Shown: piece after piece, positions 12,893 through 24,849 of the stretch
How the letters are laid out: the number at the start of each line of letters is the position of its first letter
Position numbering within the stretch: position 1 is the first letter of the stretch
NCBI GenBank assembly: GCA_030390025.1
Contig: CM059431.1
Coordinates: 95,544,001 to 95,608,000, forward strand
Direction: 5' to 3'
DNA from: Squalus acanthias
Lineage: Eukaryota
Length of the DNA stretch: 64,000 bases
Notes under the pieces: model-generated
Database searches by the model: none
What the model was told of the DNA's origin: nothing
What the model saw: the letters and a program-made list of their open reading frames with translations, nothing else
Position numbers and translations under genes: made by a program

Positions 12893-13365
12893 CAAGAAAG
12901 AAAGACTTGCATTTATATAGCGCCTTTCACAACCACCGGATGTCTCAAAGCGCTTTACAGCCAATAAAGTACTTTTGAAGTGGAGTCACTGTTGTAATGT
13001 AGGAAACGCGGCAGCCTATTTGCGCACAGCAAGGTCCCACAAACAGCAATGTGATAATGACCAGATAATCTGTTTTTGTTACGTTGGTTGAGGGATAAAT
13101 ATTGGCCAGGACACCAGGGCTAACTCCCCTGCTCTTCTTCAAAATAGTGCTATGGGATCTTTTACGTCCACCTGAGAGAGCACACGGGGCCTCGGTTTAA
13201 CGTCTCATCTGAAACATGGCACCTCCAATAGTGCAGCACTCCCTCAGCACTGCACTGGCGTGTCAGCCTAGCTTTATGTGTTTAAGTCCCTGGAGTGGAA
13301 CTTTGAACCCACAATCTTCTGACTCAGAGGAAGGTGTGCTACCAACTGAGCCACTGGGACTTGCT
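12893..13365 (-). mobile_element. tRNA-derived Deu-domain SINE (SacSINE1/AmnSINE1-like)
   Basis: Minus strand starts with a tRNA-like head (A box TGGCTCAGTTGG, B box GGTTCAAAGTTCC), has a central Deu-like domain, and ends GCGCTATATAAATGCAAGTCTTTCTTT. A second copy lies at about 45.4 kb. Confidence 0.8.
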
Positions 13366-13965
13366 ACTGACTACTGGTATTTGTATCGAGCAACCCGTCT
13401 GGCTTGTAGAGGTCCCACCTCCCCCAGAAACGGTTCCAATTCCCCAGGAATCTAAAGCCCTCCCTCCTACACCATCTCTCCAGCCACGCATTCATCTGCT
13501 CTATCATCCTTAATGGCCTTATTAACCTGATGTTGCTACTTTTAGTAATTTGTGTATTTGTACTCCCAGATCTCTTTGCTCCTCTACCCCATTCAGATTC
13601 TTATTTTCAAGTAATATGCGACCTCCTTATTTTTCTTACCAAAATTTAATACCTCACACTTATCTGTGTTGAAATTCATTTGCCAGTTATATGCCCATTC
13701 TTCAAGTTTATTAATGTCTTCTTGTAATTTGTTGCAGTCTTCCTCAGTATTGACTATTTGCTGTCATCTACAAATTTAGAAATTATGTTTTTGATTCCAA
13801 AGTATAAATCGTTAATAAAAACTGTGAACAACAGTGGTCCCAGCACTGATCCTTGTGGAACACCACTTCCCACCTTCTGCCACTCTGAACAGAGCAAACT
13901 ATCCATTCTGTTACTTGCCCCCTGTTACATGCTCTGACCTTATTCATTAGTCTATTACGTGGCAA
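13366..13965 (-). mobile_element. Old CR1 fragments (ORF1-like and RT pieces)
   Basis: Degraded [14 protein letters not shown] and WQMNFN-like segments on the minus strand. Confidence 0.6.
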
Positions 13966-15244
13966 TTCAAAATGCACAGACTACAATATGAAAATAAGTG
14001 AACATGTCAATAAGAACTTCCAACCAGAACAACTCTCTATCTAGCTTGAAAGGAGTAGCCTGTGCATAGCATTTTATAGTCACTCGGCTCCATCTCGGAG
14101 CCAGTTTCCACTTGCTGCGATGTCAATAATGTTGGCATAGTTACTGGCTTCATATTCCTCTAATTCCGAGAGATGCTTTTCTCCCCCGCCGCCCCACCCA
14201 TAAGAAACACTTAAGCTTATCCTTCCAGCATCTTCCTTCCACGAAGTGTCCTGCATCTTCATTTCTTCTTTCACCTTGAAGACCAGATCCCGATGATTTC
14301 TGTACAACCACAGATCCTTATTGCATCCACAATTAAATCACGAACTCTCTAAATCTAGTTTAACTGAATCTTGAATTTATGTAGCTGAACTCCCCACCTC
14401 TGTGTACTGGCCATTCTTTGCAATTGCCTTCCACCTCGAAAGTTTCCCAGTTATCTTAAAGAATTCCCTCTTGTACATACTGTTTAATTAGTAGATTATT
14501 TACTCCTGATAATTCAGTCATATTTTGCACTAAAAATTTAAATTGCTGAATAATTTGAATTAAGCACTGTAAAAAAATAACGCAAAATGGAAATTTAGCA
14601 CTAAGTTAAATTTTGATTATCAGTTCATTTGAATTAAGCAAATATGAATTGGGAAAGCACAGAACTATTTGGGCCCACTCTTGGCAACCCACAATAATAA
14701 CAAACCAAACAGAATGCTGATTTATGTAAATTGAAGTTGCAACACAGAAACGGGTAATTTGCCAAAAAATCCCAATCACATTTACCCACCCAGTTCCCAT
14801 ATCCCTTCATTCCCTTTTGTTTCACTCACCTATCCAATCTAATCTTATATAGAGGAGCGGCGGGAGTAAGTTACAGCTCAGTTTTTAGTTAATTGGTTAG
14901 TGTTTTTAGTGGTTAGTGTTTTTTTTTAAGTGGTTTGAGTTTTGGGGGTGAAATTGGATTAGCCCCAAAAACGGGCACGGGGATCGTGATGCGTGATCGG
15001 TCATTGCGGTTGAAAGGAGTGCAGGCAGTACATAAACTTGGTGCTGCCTGCTAATTTACACGATAGCAGTGCACAGCACAGCGCTGAGCACACTGCTGAC
15101 TGACTGTGCGCTCAGCAGGGAGCCAAAGTTCGTGATGTTCGCGCGAGGCTAGCTTTATTTAGAGCTAGCCTATGCCTCTTAAAGGCAGTCTGCACCCTGG
15201 CTCTGGTTATCAAAAATTTTTAAATTGATTCACCACAAACCAAA

Positions 15245-17045
15245 ATGGCTCAACAGGCCAGGGAAAGGGCACCCACGGTCTCGGATGCGGCACTCGAGGC
15301 CTTTGTGCAGTGGGTGAATACTCGAAGAGAGGTCCTCTACCCACAGGGGTGCAGGAGGCCCTCCAGAAACACTGAAAAAAGAATGTGGGACCAGATTGCC
15401 GGCAGTGTCACCCCCAGGACCTGGCTCCAGTGCTGAAAGAAGCTTCATGACCTCAGACAAGTGGTCAAGGTCAGTGAATGCATCTTCAAAAGCTATCTCC
15501 TACCAACTGCACCACTAGCCTCACCAATGCTCAATGCACCACACCCCCATCAGGAATCTACCAACAATCTCTATCAAACACAACTAACACCTCACATTCA
15601 TAGCTTCACCTCACTGCACACACTTATCACTGCTGCAAGCCTCACACCCAAATCTCACACCTTGAACACACTGTCAGTTATTCAACCGTGACAGCCACAT
15701 CACCTAAACACATTACACAACACTCACTGACACACTTCCCTTTCTCTTGCAGGAAAAGGTGGCGCTTAACCGGCAGGGGACAGGCTTGCCTGCATGACTT
15801 CATCCCCATGGAGGAGACGGTGCTGTCCATTCTTGGCAGGGGCATGGCTGAGCTCGTGGCCAGTGGCGGGGCTGAAATGATACCCTCTTTCTCTCATCCC
15901 ACTTACCCCTCATCCCACAATCTCTTCTGATGAACAAGTTGCACACGGTGTAAGCCTGCACCTCTTGTTTTCCCCCCTCCCCTCACCACAACCCCAGCCT
16001 TGTGCCTTTCTTATTTCAGACACCCAAGAAATCCAGCCTCCCCAGCCAGTGGTTGAACAAGAAGAGGGATAGGAGAGTGAAAAAGAAGAAGAAGAAACAC
16101 CATCACTTGATTTCACACTCCCAGCCACCAGCTCAGATACTAACACTCCGCGGACTTTAGAGGATAGGTTTGACATGAGATCTGCACGTGGTGAGACAGG
16201 AATGGGCTGCTGCCAGCTCCCCGGGGCAAGGCCGCACATGAGTTCTATTGCACAGGACTCTGATGAAGACTTCAATGGGGCAGCCAAGAGGAGCTGATGA
16301 ATGAAATGCTTGGTGCATTGGCAGGCCTGCAGAAAGCCTGAATGCCATGTCAAGGAACAGGGAGGAGTCCAGCTCCAGCCTCGCACAGGGTTTGCGCAGA
16401 GCTTGGAGCCCATCATTTCCAATGTGGAAGGGCTGGGCAGATGCATTAACGCACTTGATGACCCAACTATAATGCCGCGTCTGATGACCGAAGTCTCCAC
16501 TTCCTTGCAGCACAACCAGAAGCCACCCAATGTCTGAGTGTTGCAATGGATGCTCAGACTGAAGTCATGCAAGCGCAGCTTTCTGCCATGCAAGTACAGA
16601 CTGCTACCATCTTGGCTGGGTTTATCAGTGTTGAAAGGGGCTTGCAGGATGTCACAGCAGTCCAGCAGCCTGTACTCCAGCAGATTACTAGGACTGAAGA
16701 GGTGCTGCCCTGGGGGAGTGGCAATGGATCCGTGGAGAAGACCCTGCTGTCCTTTCTCAGGATGACAGCATTCGTCCTCCCACCACTGTCATTCCGCCAG
16801 TGTCCTTGCTGTTGCCTGCCAGCCAGCCAGCTGAGACTGCTACCGCCCATACGGAGGTGGTGCAGTCCAAAGCTGGGCCTACTAGGCCCAAAGCTCCTCG
16901 ACGTCCTCCCACAAGGCCATCTGCAGTCTCCCCCACTGAAAGTCAGCAGCCTTCCACCAGCCGTGCTGCAGCCACTGGGGTATTACTGCGTAGCAGCACT
17001 AGGAGCACACGCAAGCCAGTCACAAAGGGAATGCACAAGGGTAAT
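15245..17045 (+). pseudogene. Harbinger Myb/SANT-like gene, decayed and spliced
   Basis: Reads MAQQARERAPTVSDAALEAFV...RMWDQIAGSVTPRTWLQC*KK. Donor after 15469, acceptors before 15753 and 16020. Confidence 0.72.
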
Positions 17046-17216
17046 TAGTTGATTCTTTGAAGTAATATTGGGTGGCTAGATGTATAAAGTTGGATTGGAA
17101 TGTTTGCTTTGTGGTGGCTTTTATTTCAGCATTGTGGCCAAGAGGATGCTGCGATGGTCAGTAACAGAGGGAAGGTAAGGTGTGGGACTAATGTTGAAAG
17201 GGAATTGGGGTTGCGT

Positions 17217-18195
17217 TCACTGGTACCGCAGGCGGATGATTCGATCCCGGATATCTCGGCTAGAAAGCAGCTGTCTGGGTTGCCTCCTTCCTTCCTCCTC
17301 CTCTTCCGCTTCCTCCTCTTCTGCTTCTTCCTCTTCCTACTCCTCCCCTTCCTCTCCCTCCTCCTCCTTCTGCTCCAGTTTCTGAACTGGTGGCCGTATC
17401 CCTGGTGGCAAGGGCTGTGCCCTCATGATGGCCAGGCTGCGGAGGATACAACAGACCACCATGAATCCCGACACATGCTCCGGTGAGTACTGTAGGGCTC
17501 CTCCAGCACAGTCCAGGCAGTGGAACCATTGCTTCAACACCCCAATGGTCTCCTCTATGATGTTTTGTGTGGCAGCAAGGCTCTCATTGTATGCATGCTG
17601 GCCACGTGTGGTTCGGTTGCGGAGTGGAGACATGAGCCAGGTGGTCAAGGGTTAGCCCTTGTCGCCCAGTAGCCACCTTTTGGTTTGTGTTGGTGGCCCA
17701 AAGACTGAGGGAACAGCAGACTGGCGCAGAATAAAACCATCATGACTGCTGCCAGGATACCGGGCATTTACCATCATGGTCACACACCAACTGCATATTC
17801 AGTGAGTGGAAACCTTTGTTGTTGTGGTACATCTCAGCATTTAGAAGCGGCACCTGCAAAGCCATGTGCATGCAGCCGATGGCGCCCTGCACCATGGGGA
17901 AGCCCGATATCCTGGCAAAGCCACATGCACGCTCCTCCTGCTTCTCTTTGTTTAGAGAGAAGACAATGAAGTCCCCTCTCCAAGCATACAGAGCCTCTGT
18001 GACCTCCTGGATTCAGCGATGAACGGCAAACTGTGAGATGTTAGCTATGTCGCCTACTCCAGCCTGGAAGGATCCACTGGTGAAGAAATTAAGGGCCACG
18101 GTCACCTTGAGAGCATCTGTCAGCTGCTTCCTCGCCCTGCTCTGAGGCTCCAGGTCTGTTTGCAGGATGTGGCAGAGTTCTGTGACCACAGAGTT
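17217..18195 (-). pseudogene. Harbinger transposase, decayed and 5'-truncated
   Basis: Contains TWLMSPLRN...AYNESLAATQNIIEETIGVLKQWFHCLD...CCIL and an acidic tail. Confidence 0.78.
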
Positions 18196-20610
18196 AGGAG
18201 AGACAGAGGGGGGTGTAAAAGAGGAGGGGGTGTCGCAATATTAATCAAGGAGTCAATTACTGCTGTAAGGAGGGATGATATCTTAGCAGGTTCCTCTAAT
18301 GAGGCCATATGGGTAGAACTTAAAAACAAAAAGGGGCAAGCACTTTGCTGGGAGTGTACTATAGTCCCCCAAACACTCAGGGGGAGATAGAGGAACTGAT
18401 ATATAGGCAAATCTCAGAGAAGTGTAGAAATAATAGGGTAATAATAGTAGGGGATTTCAACTTCCCCAATATTAACTGGGATAGTCAGAGTGTGAAAGGC
18501 TTAGAGGGTGCGGAATTCTTAAAGTGCATCCAGGAGAGCTTTTTGAGCTAGCATGTAGAAAGTCCTACAAGAGAGGGGGCGGTACTGGACCTAATTCTAG
18601 GTAGAAGTGTCAGTAGGAGAGCATTTTGGTGACAGTGGCCATAATTCGGTGAGATTTAAGGTAGTCATGGAAAAGGACAAAGATGTACTGGAGATAAAGG
18701 TTCTAAATTGGGGGAAGGCCGATTTTAATATGATAAGGCAGGATCTGGCCAAAGTGGACTGGGATCAGCTACTTGTAGGAAAATCCACATCAGAGCAGTG
18801 GGAGTCTTTCAGAAAGGAAATAGAGAGAGTACAACGACAACATGTTCCTGTAAAGGTCAAAGGTGGGACCAACAAGCCCAGGGAATCCTGATGTCAAGGG
18901 ATATACGAGAATGGATTAGGAAAAAAAGGGAGGCTTTTGGCAGATACAAAGGACTAAAAACAATGGAAGCCCTAGAGGAGTATAGAAAGTGCAGGGGGGG
19001 TACTTAAAAAATAAATTAGGAGAGCGAAGAGGGGGCATGAAATAACACTGGCGGGCAAAATAAAGGAAAATTCCAAGGTGTTTTATAAGTATATTAAGGG
19101 CAAGAGGATAACCAGGGAAAGAGTAGGGCCCATTAGGGACCAAAGTGGCAATCTGTGTGTAGAGCTGGAAGATGTAGGTGGGGTTTTAAATGAATATTTT
19201 GCATCTGTGTTCACTATGGAGAAGGATGATGTAGGCATAGAAATCAGGCAGGGGGGTTGTGATATACTTGAACAAATTAGTATTGAGAGGAGGAGGTACT
19301 AGCGGTTTTAGCGGGCTTAAAAGTGGATAAATCCCCAGGCCCAGATGAGATGTATCCCAGGCTGCTGTGTGAGGCAAGGGAGGAGATTGCAGGGGCTCTG
19401 ACACAAATTTTCAGAACCTCTCTGGGCACAGGGGAGGTGCCAAAGGACTGGAGAACAGCTAATGTAGTACCATTGTTCAAGAAGGGTAGTAGGGATAAAC
19501 CAGGGAATTACAGGCCAGTGAGCCTAACATCAGTGGCAGAGAAATTATTGGAAAAAATTCTAAGGGACAGAATTAGTCTCCACTTGGAGAGGCAAGGATT
19601 AATCAAGGATAGTCAGCATGGCTTTGTCAGGGGGAGATCATGTCTGACCAATTTGATTGAATTTTTCGAGGGGGTGACTAGGTGTGTGGATGAGGGTAGT
19701 GCAGTTGATGTGGTCTACATGGACTTCAGTAAGGCTTTTGACAAAGTCCCGCATGGGAGACTGGTCAAGAAGGTAAAAGTCCATGGTCGAAGGTTGTTTT
19801 TGTGACTGGAAGCCTGTGTCCAGTGGTGTACCGCAGGGATCGGTGCTGGGTCCTTTGCTGTTTGTCGTGTACATTAATGATTTAGATATGAATGTAGGAG
19901 GTATGATCAGTAAGTTTGCAGATGACACGAAAATTGGTGGGGTGGTAAATAGCGAGGAGGGAAGCCTCAGGCTACAGGACGATATAGACGGGTTGGTCAG
20001 ATGGGCAGAACAGTGGCAAATGGAATTTAACCCTGAAAAGTGTGAGGTGATGCATTTTGGGAGTACTAACAAGGCAAGGGAATACACAATGAATGGTAGG
20101 ACCCTAGGATGGACAGAGGATCAGAGGGACCTTGGTGTGCATGTACATAGATCCTTGAAGGCAGCAGGACAGGTGGATAAGGTGGTTAAAAAGGCATATG
20201 GGATACTTTCCTTCATTAGCCGAGGCATAGAATATAAGAGCAGGGAGGTTATGATGGAGCTGTACAAAACGCTAGTTGGGCCACAGCTGGAATACTGTGT
20301 GCAGTTCTGGTCGCCACACTATAGGAAGGATGTGATTGCATTGGAGAGGGTGCAGAGGAGATTCACCAGGATGTTACCTGGGCTGCAGCGCTTCAGCTAT
20401 GAAGAGAGACTGGACAGGCTGGGGTTGTTTTCCTTAGGGCAGAGAAGGCTGAGGGGGGACCTGATTGAGGTGTAAAAAATTATGAGGGGCATAGATAGGT
20501 TAGATAGAAATAAACTTTTCCCCTTAGTAGAGGAGTCAACACCAGGGGGCATAGTTTCAAGGTAAGGGGCAGGAGGTTTAGAGGGGATTTCAGGAAAAAC
20601 TTTTTCACCC
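18196..20610 (+). mobile_element. CR1 LINE ORF2 (APE endonuclease and RT), decayed
   Basis: Contains [48 protein letters not shown] and FADDTK. Confidence 0.9.
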
Positions 20611-21371
20611 ATTTAATGAGATCATGGCTGATCCGATTTTAGCCTCAACTCCAGAATCTTTAGAGGAGTACAGAAAGTGCAGGGGTGCAATTAAAAAGGA
20701 TATTAGGAAAGCAAAGAGAGAGCATGAAAAATTCTTGCCAAGTAAAATCAAGGAAAACCCAAAGATGTTTGGTAATATATATTAAGAGTAAGAGGATAAC
20801 TAAAGAAAGAGTAGGGCCTATTAGAGATCATGAGGGTAATCTGTGTGTGGAGACGAGAGACGTCGGTAGGGTTCTTAATGAATACTTTGCATCTGTTTTC
20901 ACAAAGGAGAGGGGCGAAGCAGACATTGCTATCGGGGGGAGGAGTGTGAAATATGAGATGAAATAAACATAGTGAGAGAGGAAGTATTAAGGGGTTTAGC
21001 AGCTTTAAAAGTGAATAAATCCTTGGCCTGGATGAAATGTATCCCAGGCCATTAAGCGAAACAAAAGAGGAAATAGCGAGGCCCTGACCATCATTTTTCA
21101 ATCCTCACTGGCTTTAGGTGTGGTGCCGGAGGACTGCAGGACTGCTAATGTGGTACCCTTGTTTAAAAAGGGAGAAAAGGATAGACCGAGTATTTACAGG
21201 CCAGTCAGCGGTGGTGGGAAAATTATTGGAAAGAATTCTGAAGGACAGGATAAATCTTCATTTAGAAAGACACAGATTAATGAAGGATAGTCAGCATGGA
21301 TTTGTTAAGGGAAGGTCATGTCTGACAAACTTGATTTGAATTTTTTGAGGAGCTAACAAGGAGGGTAGATG

Positions 21372-21732
21372 GCCCACCCTTTTTTTTTCCCTCCCAGAAG
21401 CTGGCAGCTGTCCTTCATTCTGCCAGTGCATTTCACACTTCATTTAGCCTCAACCTGTCACATTAAAACCACCTCTTGCCTTGATTATCTCTTAATGTCT
21501 CTCAATGTCTCTTAATCTCTCCTTTTGTTCTTTCATCCCCTCCCCCTTTTCCCAGCTTTATACTTGCTTTAAATCTATTTCATTTCCTGCTTTTTTCCAG
21601 TTCTGACGAAAGGTCTTCGACCTGAAACGTTAACTCTATTTCTCTCTCCACGGATGCTGCCTGGCCTGCTGAGTTTTTCCAGCATTTTCTGTTGTTATTT
21701 CGGAATTCCAGCATCCGCATGATTTTGCTATC
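21372..21732 (+). mobile_element. Penelope-like 3' terminal fragment carrying a hammerhead, with 9-bp TSD
   Basis: TSD GGGTAGATG at 21363-21371 and 21733-21741. Homologous to about 29600-29947. Ends TTTTGCTATC. Confidence 0.8.
21599..21635 (+). ncRNA. Minimal type I hammerhead ribozyme
   Basis: AGTT-CTGACGA-A-AGGTC TTC GACCT-GAAA-CG-TT-AACT: intact core, stem II, palindromic stem III and stem I. Confidence 0.78.
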
Positions 21733-23084
21733 GGGTAGATGAGGGTAGTGTGTTTGATGTAGTGTATATGGGCTTTAGCAAGGCTTTTGGTAAGGTTCCA
21801 CATGGCAGACTGGCCATGAAGTTAAAAGCCCATGGGATCCAGGGCAACGTGTCAAGTTGGATTCAAAACTGGCTCAGAGGCAGGAAGCAGAGGGTAATGA
21901 TTGATGGGTGTTTTTGTGACTGGAAGGCTGTTTTCAGTGGGGTTTCGCAGGGTTCAGTACTAGGTCCTTTGCTTTTTGTGGTATATATCAATGACTAGAC
22001 TTGAAGATAAGGGGTATGATTAAGAAGTTTGCAGATGATACTAAAATCGGCTGTGTGGTTGATACTGAAGAAGGAAGCTGTAGACTGCAGGAAGATATCA
22101 ATAAATTGGTCAGGTGGGCAGAACAGTGGCAAATGGAATTCAGTCTGGAGAAGTGTGAGGTAATGCATTTGGGGAGGGCTAACAAGGAAAGGGAATACAC
22201 ATTAAATGGTAGGACACTGAGTAGTGTAGAGGAACAAAGGGACCTTGGAGTGCATGTCCACAGATCCCTGAAGGTAGCAGGCCAAGTAGATAAGGTGGCT
22301 TAGAAGGCATACGGAATGCTTGCATTTATTAGCCGTGGCATAGTATACAAGAGCAGGTGGGTTATGCTACAACTGTATAAAACACTAGTTAGGCCTCAGC
22401 TAGAGTACTGCGTGCAGTTCTGGTCACCACATTACAGGAAAGATGTGATTGCACTAGACAGGGTACAGAGGAGATTTACAAGGATGTTGCCGGGAGTAGA
22501 GAATCTTAGCTATGAGGAAAGACTGGATAGGCTGGGTCTGTTTTCCTTGGAACAGAGGAGGCTGAGGGTCGCCACACTATAGGAAGGATGTGATTGCATT
22601 GGAGAGGGTGCAGAGGAGATTCACCAGGATGTAACCTGGGCTGGAGCGCTTCAGCTATGAAGGGAGACTGGACAGGCTGGGGTTGTTTTCCTTAGAGCAG
22701 AGAAGGCTGAGGGGGGACCTGATTGAGGTGTACAAAATTATGAGGGGCATAGATAGGGTAGATAGAAAGGACCTTTTCCCCCTTAGTAGAGGAGTCAATA
22801 ACCAGGGGGCATAGTTTCAAGGTAAGTGGTAGGAGGTTTAGAGGGGATTTGAGGAAAAAAAATTTCACCCAGAGGGTGGTTGGAATCTGGAACTCACTGC
22901 CTGAAATGCTGGTAGAGGCAGTAACCCTCACAACATTCAAGAAGCATTTAGATGAGCACTTGAAATGCCATAGCATACAAGGCTATGGACCAAGTGCTGG
23001 AAATGGGATTAGATTAGACAGGGCTTGATGGCCGGCATGGACATGATGGGCCGAAGGGCCTCTTTCTGTGCTGTATAACTCTAT

Positions 23085-23983
23085 GGGGGAAAAATTCAGT
23101 TGGTTGCGCCTCCCGTTAGCGCCTTAAGAGGGCGCTAATGGGGCGCAAAGCATCTAGCGCCCAGGCGCGGCGAAGTTTGCGCCGCTCGCGAAATTAACTA
23201 GACATTTTGTGGCGGCGCTAAACACAACCGCCACGATCTCCTGCGCCGGCAGATCGTGACGTCAGTCGAGTGTGCAACGCCCCGGTATCGCCCCGGAGCG
23301 GATATTGAGTGGCGCCCCCTGCCTTACCGCCTGACGCTAGCAACGACAGTTTGAGTGGAGCGTTCTGCAGTCATGAAGGGAAAGGGGGAGCGCTATTTAA
23401 AGGTGACCGCTTCCTGCCTTTTATTGTTGGTGCCATTTTTGAACCACGCATTCTGAGAGAGAGAGAGAGAGAGAGAGACTTCTGGAGAGTTTCAACGTTG
23501 TGTGAAGGAGTTTTGGGTACTGAGCAGCACTTTGCAGGTTCATTTTGATTTGCCATTCCTTGTATCGATTTAGAAGAGACTGTGGGGGCTGCACTCTGAG
23601 CTCTTTGCCTGGTACTCTCCATTGTTCTTTCCAGCAGATTTGATGTGCAGGTCTCTCCAGGCCGAGATTCAAGGCTGCAATTAGTAGGATGTGGCTGGAA
23701 AGCGAGATTAACCATGCCCTTTAAGAACTGGCCCGTGCCATTGTGTGTGTGTTCCATTGCTGACTGACATTACATGAGCTTCGCCAGCGCTCTGAGGTAG
23801 CGCCTCGCTCCTCGGCCTTTGCGCCTTAAGACAGGTGTGAAGCGCCTGATTTAGCGCTCCAATCACCTCCAGGGGCGATAAAAGTCAAGTTTGCAGTCAG
23901 TGGCGATAATTAGTGCCAGGCGCTAATCTTTGCGCCCGGCCGATAATTGCGCCCCAAATGGGGCGATACTGAATTTCTCCCCC
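23085..23983. mobile_element. Non-autonomous Harbinger MITE family A, copy 1
   Basis: TIR GGGGGAAAAATTCAGT / ACTGAATTTCTCCCCC, TSD TAT, CpG-rich subtermini and an internal (GA)n. Confidence 0.88.
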
Positions 23984-23994
23984 TATGACTCTAT

Positions 23995-24849
23995 GGGGGA
24001 AAAATTCAGTTGGTTGCGCCTCCCGTTAGCACCTTAAGAGGGCGCTAATGGGGCGCAAAGCATCTAGCGCCCAGGCGTGGCGATGTTTGCGCCGCTCGCG
24101 AAATTAACTAGACATTTTGCGGCGGCGCTAAACACTACCGCCACGATCTCCTGCGCCAGCAGATCATGACGTCAGTCGAGTGCGCAACGCCCCGGTATCG
24201 CCCCGGAGCGGATATTGAGTGGCGCCCCCTGCCTTACCGCCTGACGCTAGCAACGACAGGTTGAGGGGAGCGTTTTGCAGTCATGAAGGGACTGGGGGAG
24301 CGCTATTTAAAGGCGACCACTTCCTGCCTTTTATTGTTGGTGCCATTTTTGAACCACGCATTCTGAGAGAGAGAGAGAGAGAGAGAGACTTCTGGAGAGA
24401 TTCAACGCTGTGTGAAGTAGTTTTTGGTACTGAGCAGCACTTTGCAGGTTCATTTTGATTTGCCATTCCTTGTATCGATTTAGAAGAGATTGTGGGGGCT
24501 GCACTCTGAGCTCTTTGCCTGGTACTCTCCATTGATCTTTCCAGCAGATTTGATGTGCAGGTATCTCCAGGCCGAGATTCAAGGCTGCAATTAGCAGGAT
24601 GTGGATGGAAAGCGAGATTAACCATGCCCTTTAAGAACTGGCCCGGGCCATTGTGTGTGTGTTCCATTGCTGACTGACATCACATGAGCTTCGCCAGCAC
24701 TCTGAGGTAGCGCCTCGCTCCTCGGCCTTTGCGCCTTAAGACAGGTGTGAAGCGCCTGATTTAGCGCTCCAATCACCTCCAGGGGCGATAAAAGTCAAGT
24801 TTGCAGCGATAATTGCGCCCCAAATGGGGCGATACTGAATTTCTCCCCC
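23995..24849. mobile_element. Harbinger MITE family A, copy 2
   Basis: Same TIRs and TSD TAT. Lies 11 bp after copy 1, with substitutions and a short deletion near the right end. Confidence 0.88.

Larger units (their letters stand above)
14944..18195. mobile_element. Decayed Harbinger element, truncated by a CR1 at about 18196
   Basis: Terminus GGGGGTGAAATTGG. Myb gene on + and transposase on -, convergent. Confidence 0.82.
20655..23084 (+). mobile_element. Two adjacent CR1 fragments (20655-22567 and 22568-23084)
   Basis: RT motifs are present. The sequence jumps back to the SPHYRKD region at 22568, and the second piece ends in the tail ATAACTCTAT. Confidence 0.85.

Noticed and set aside
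13295..13365. tRNA gene
   Set aside because: It is the tRNA-derived head of a SINE, continuous with the SINE body and repeated at about 45.7 kb.
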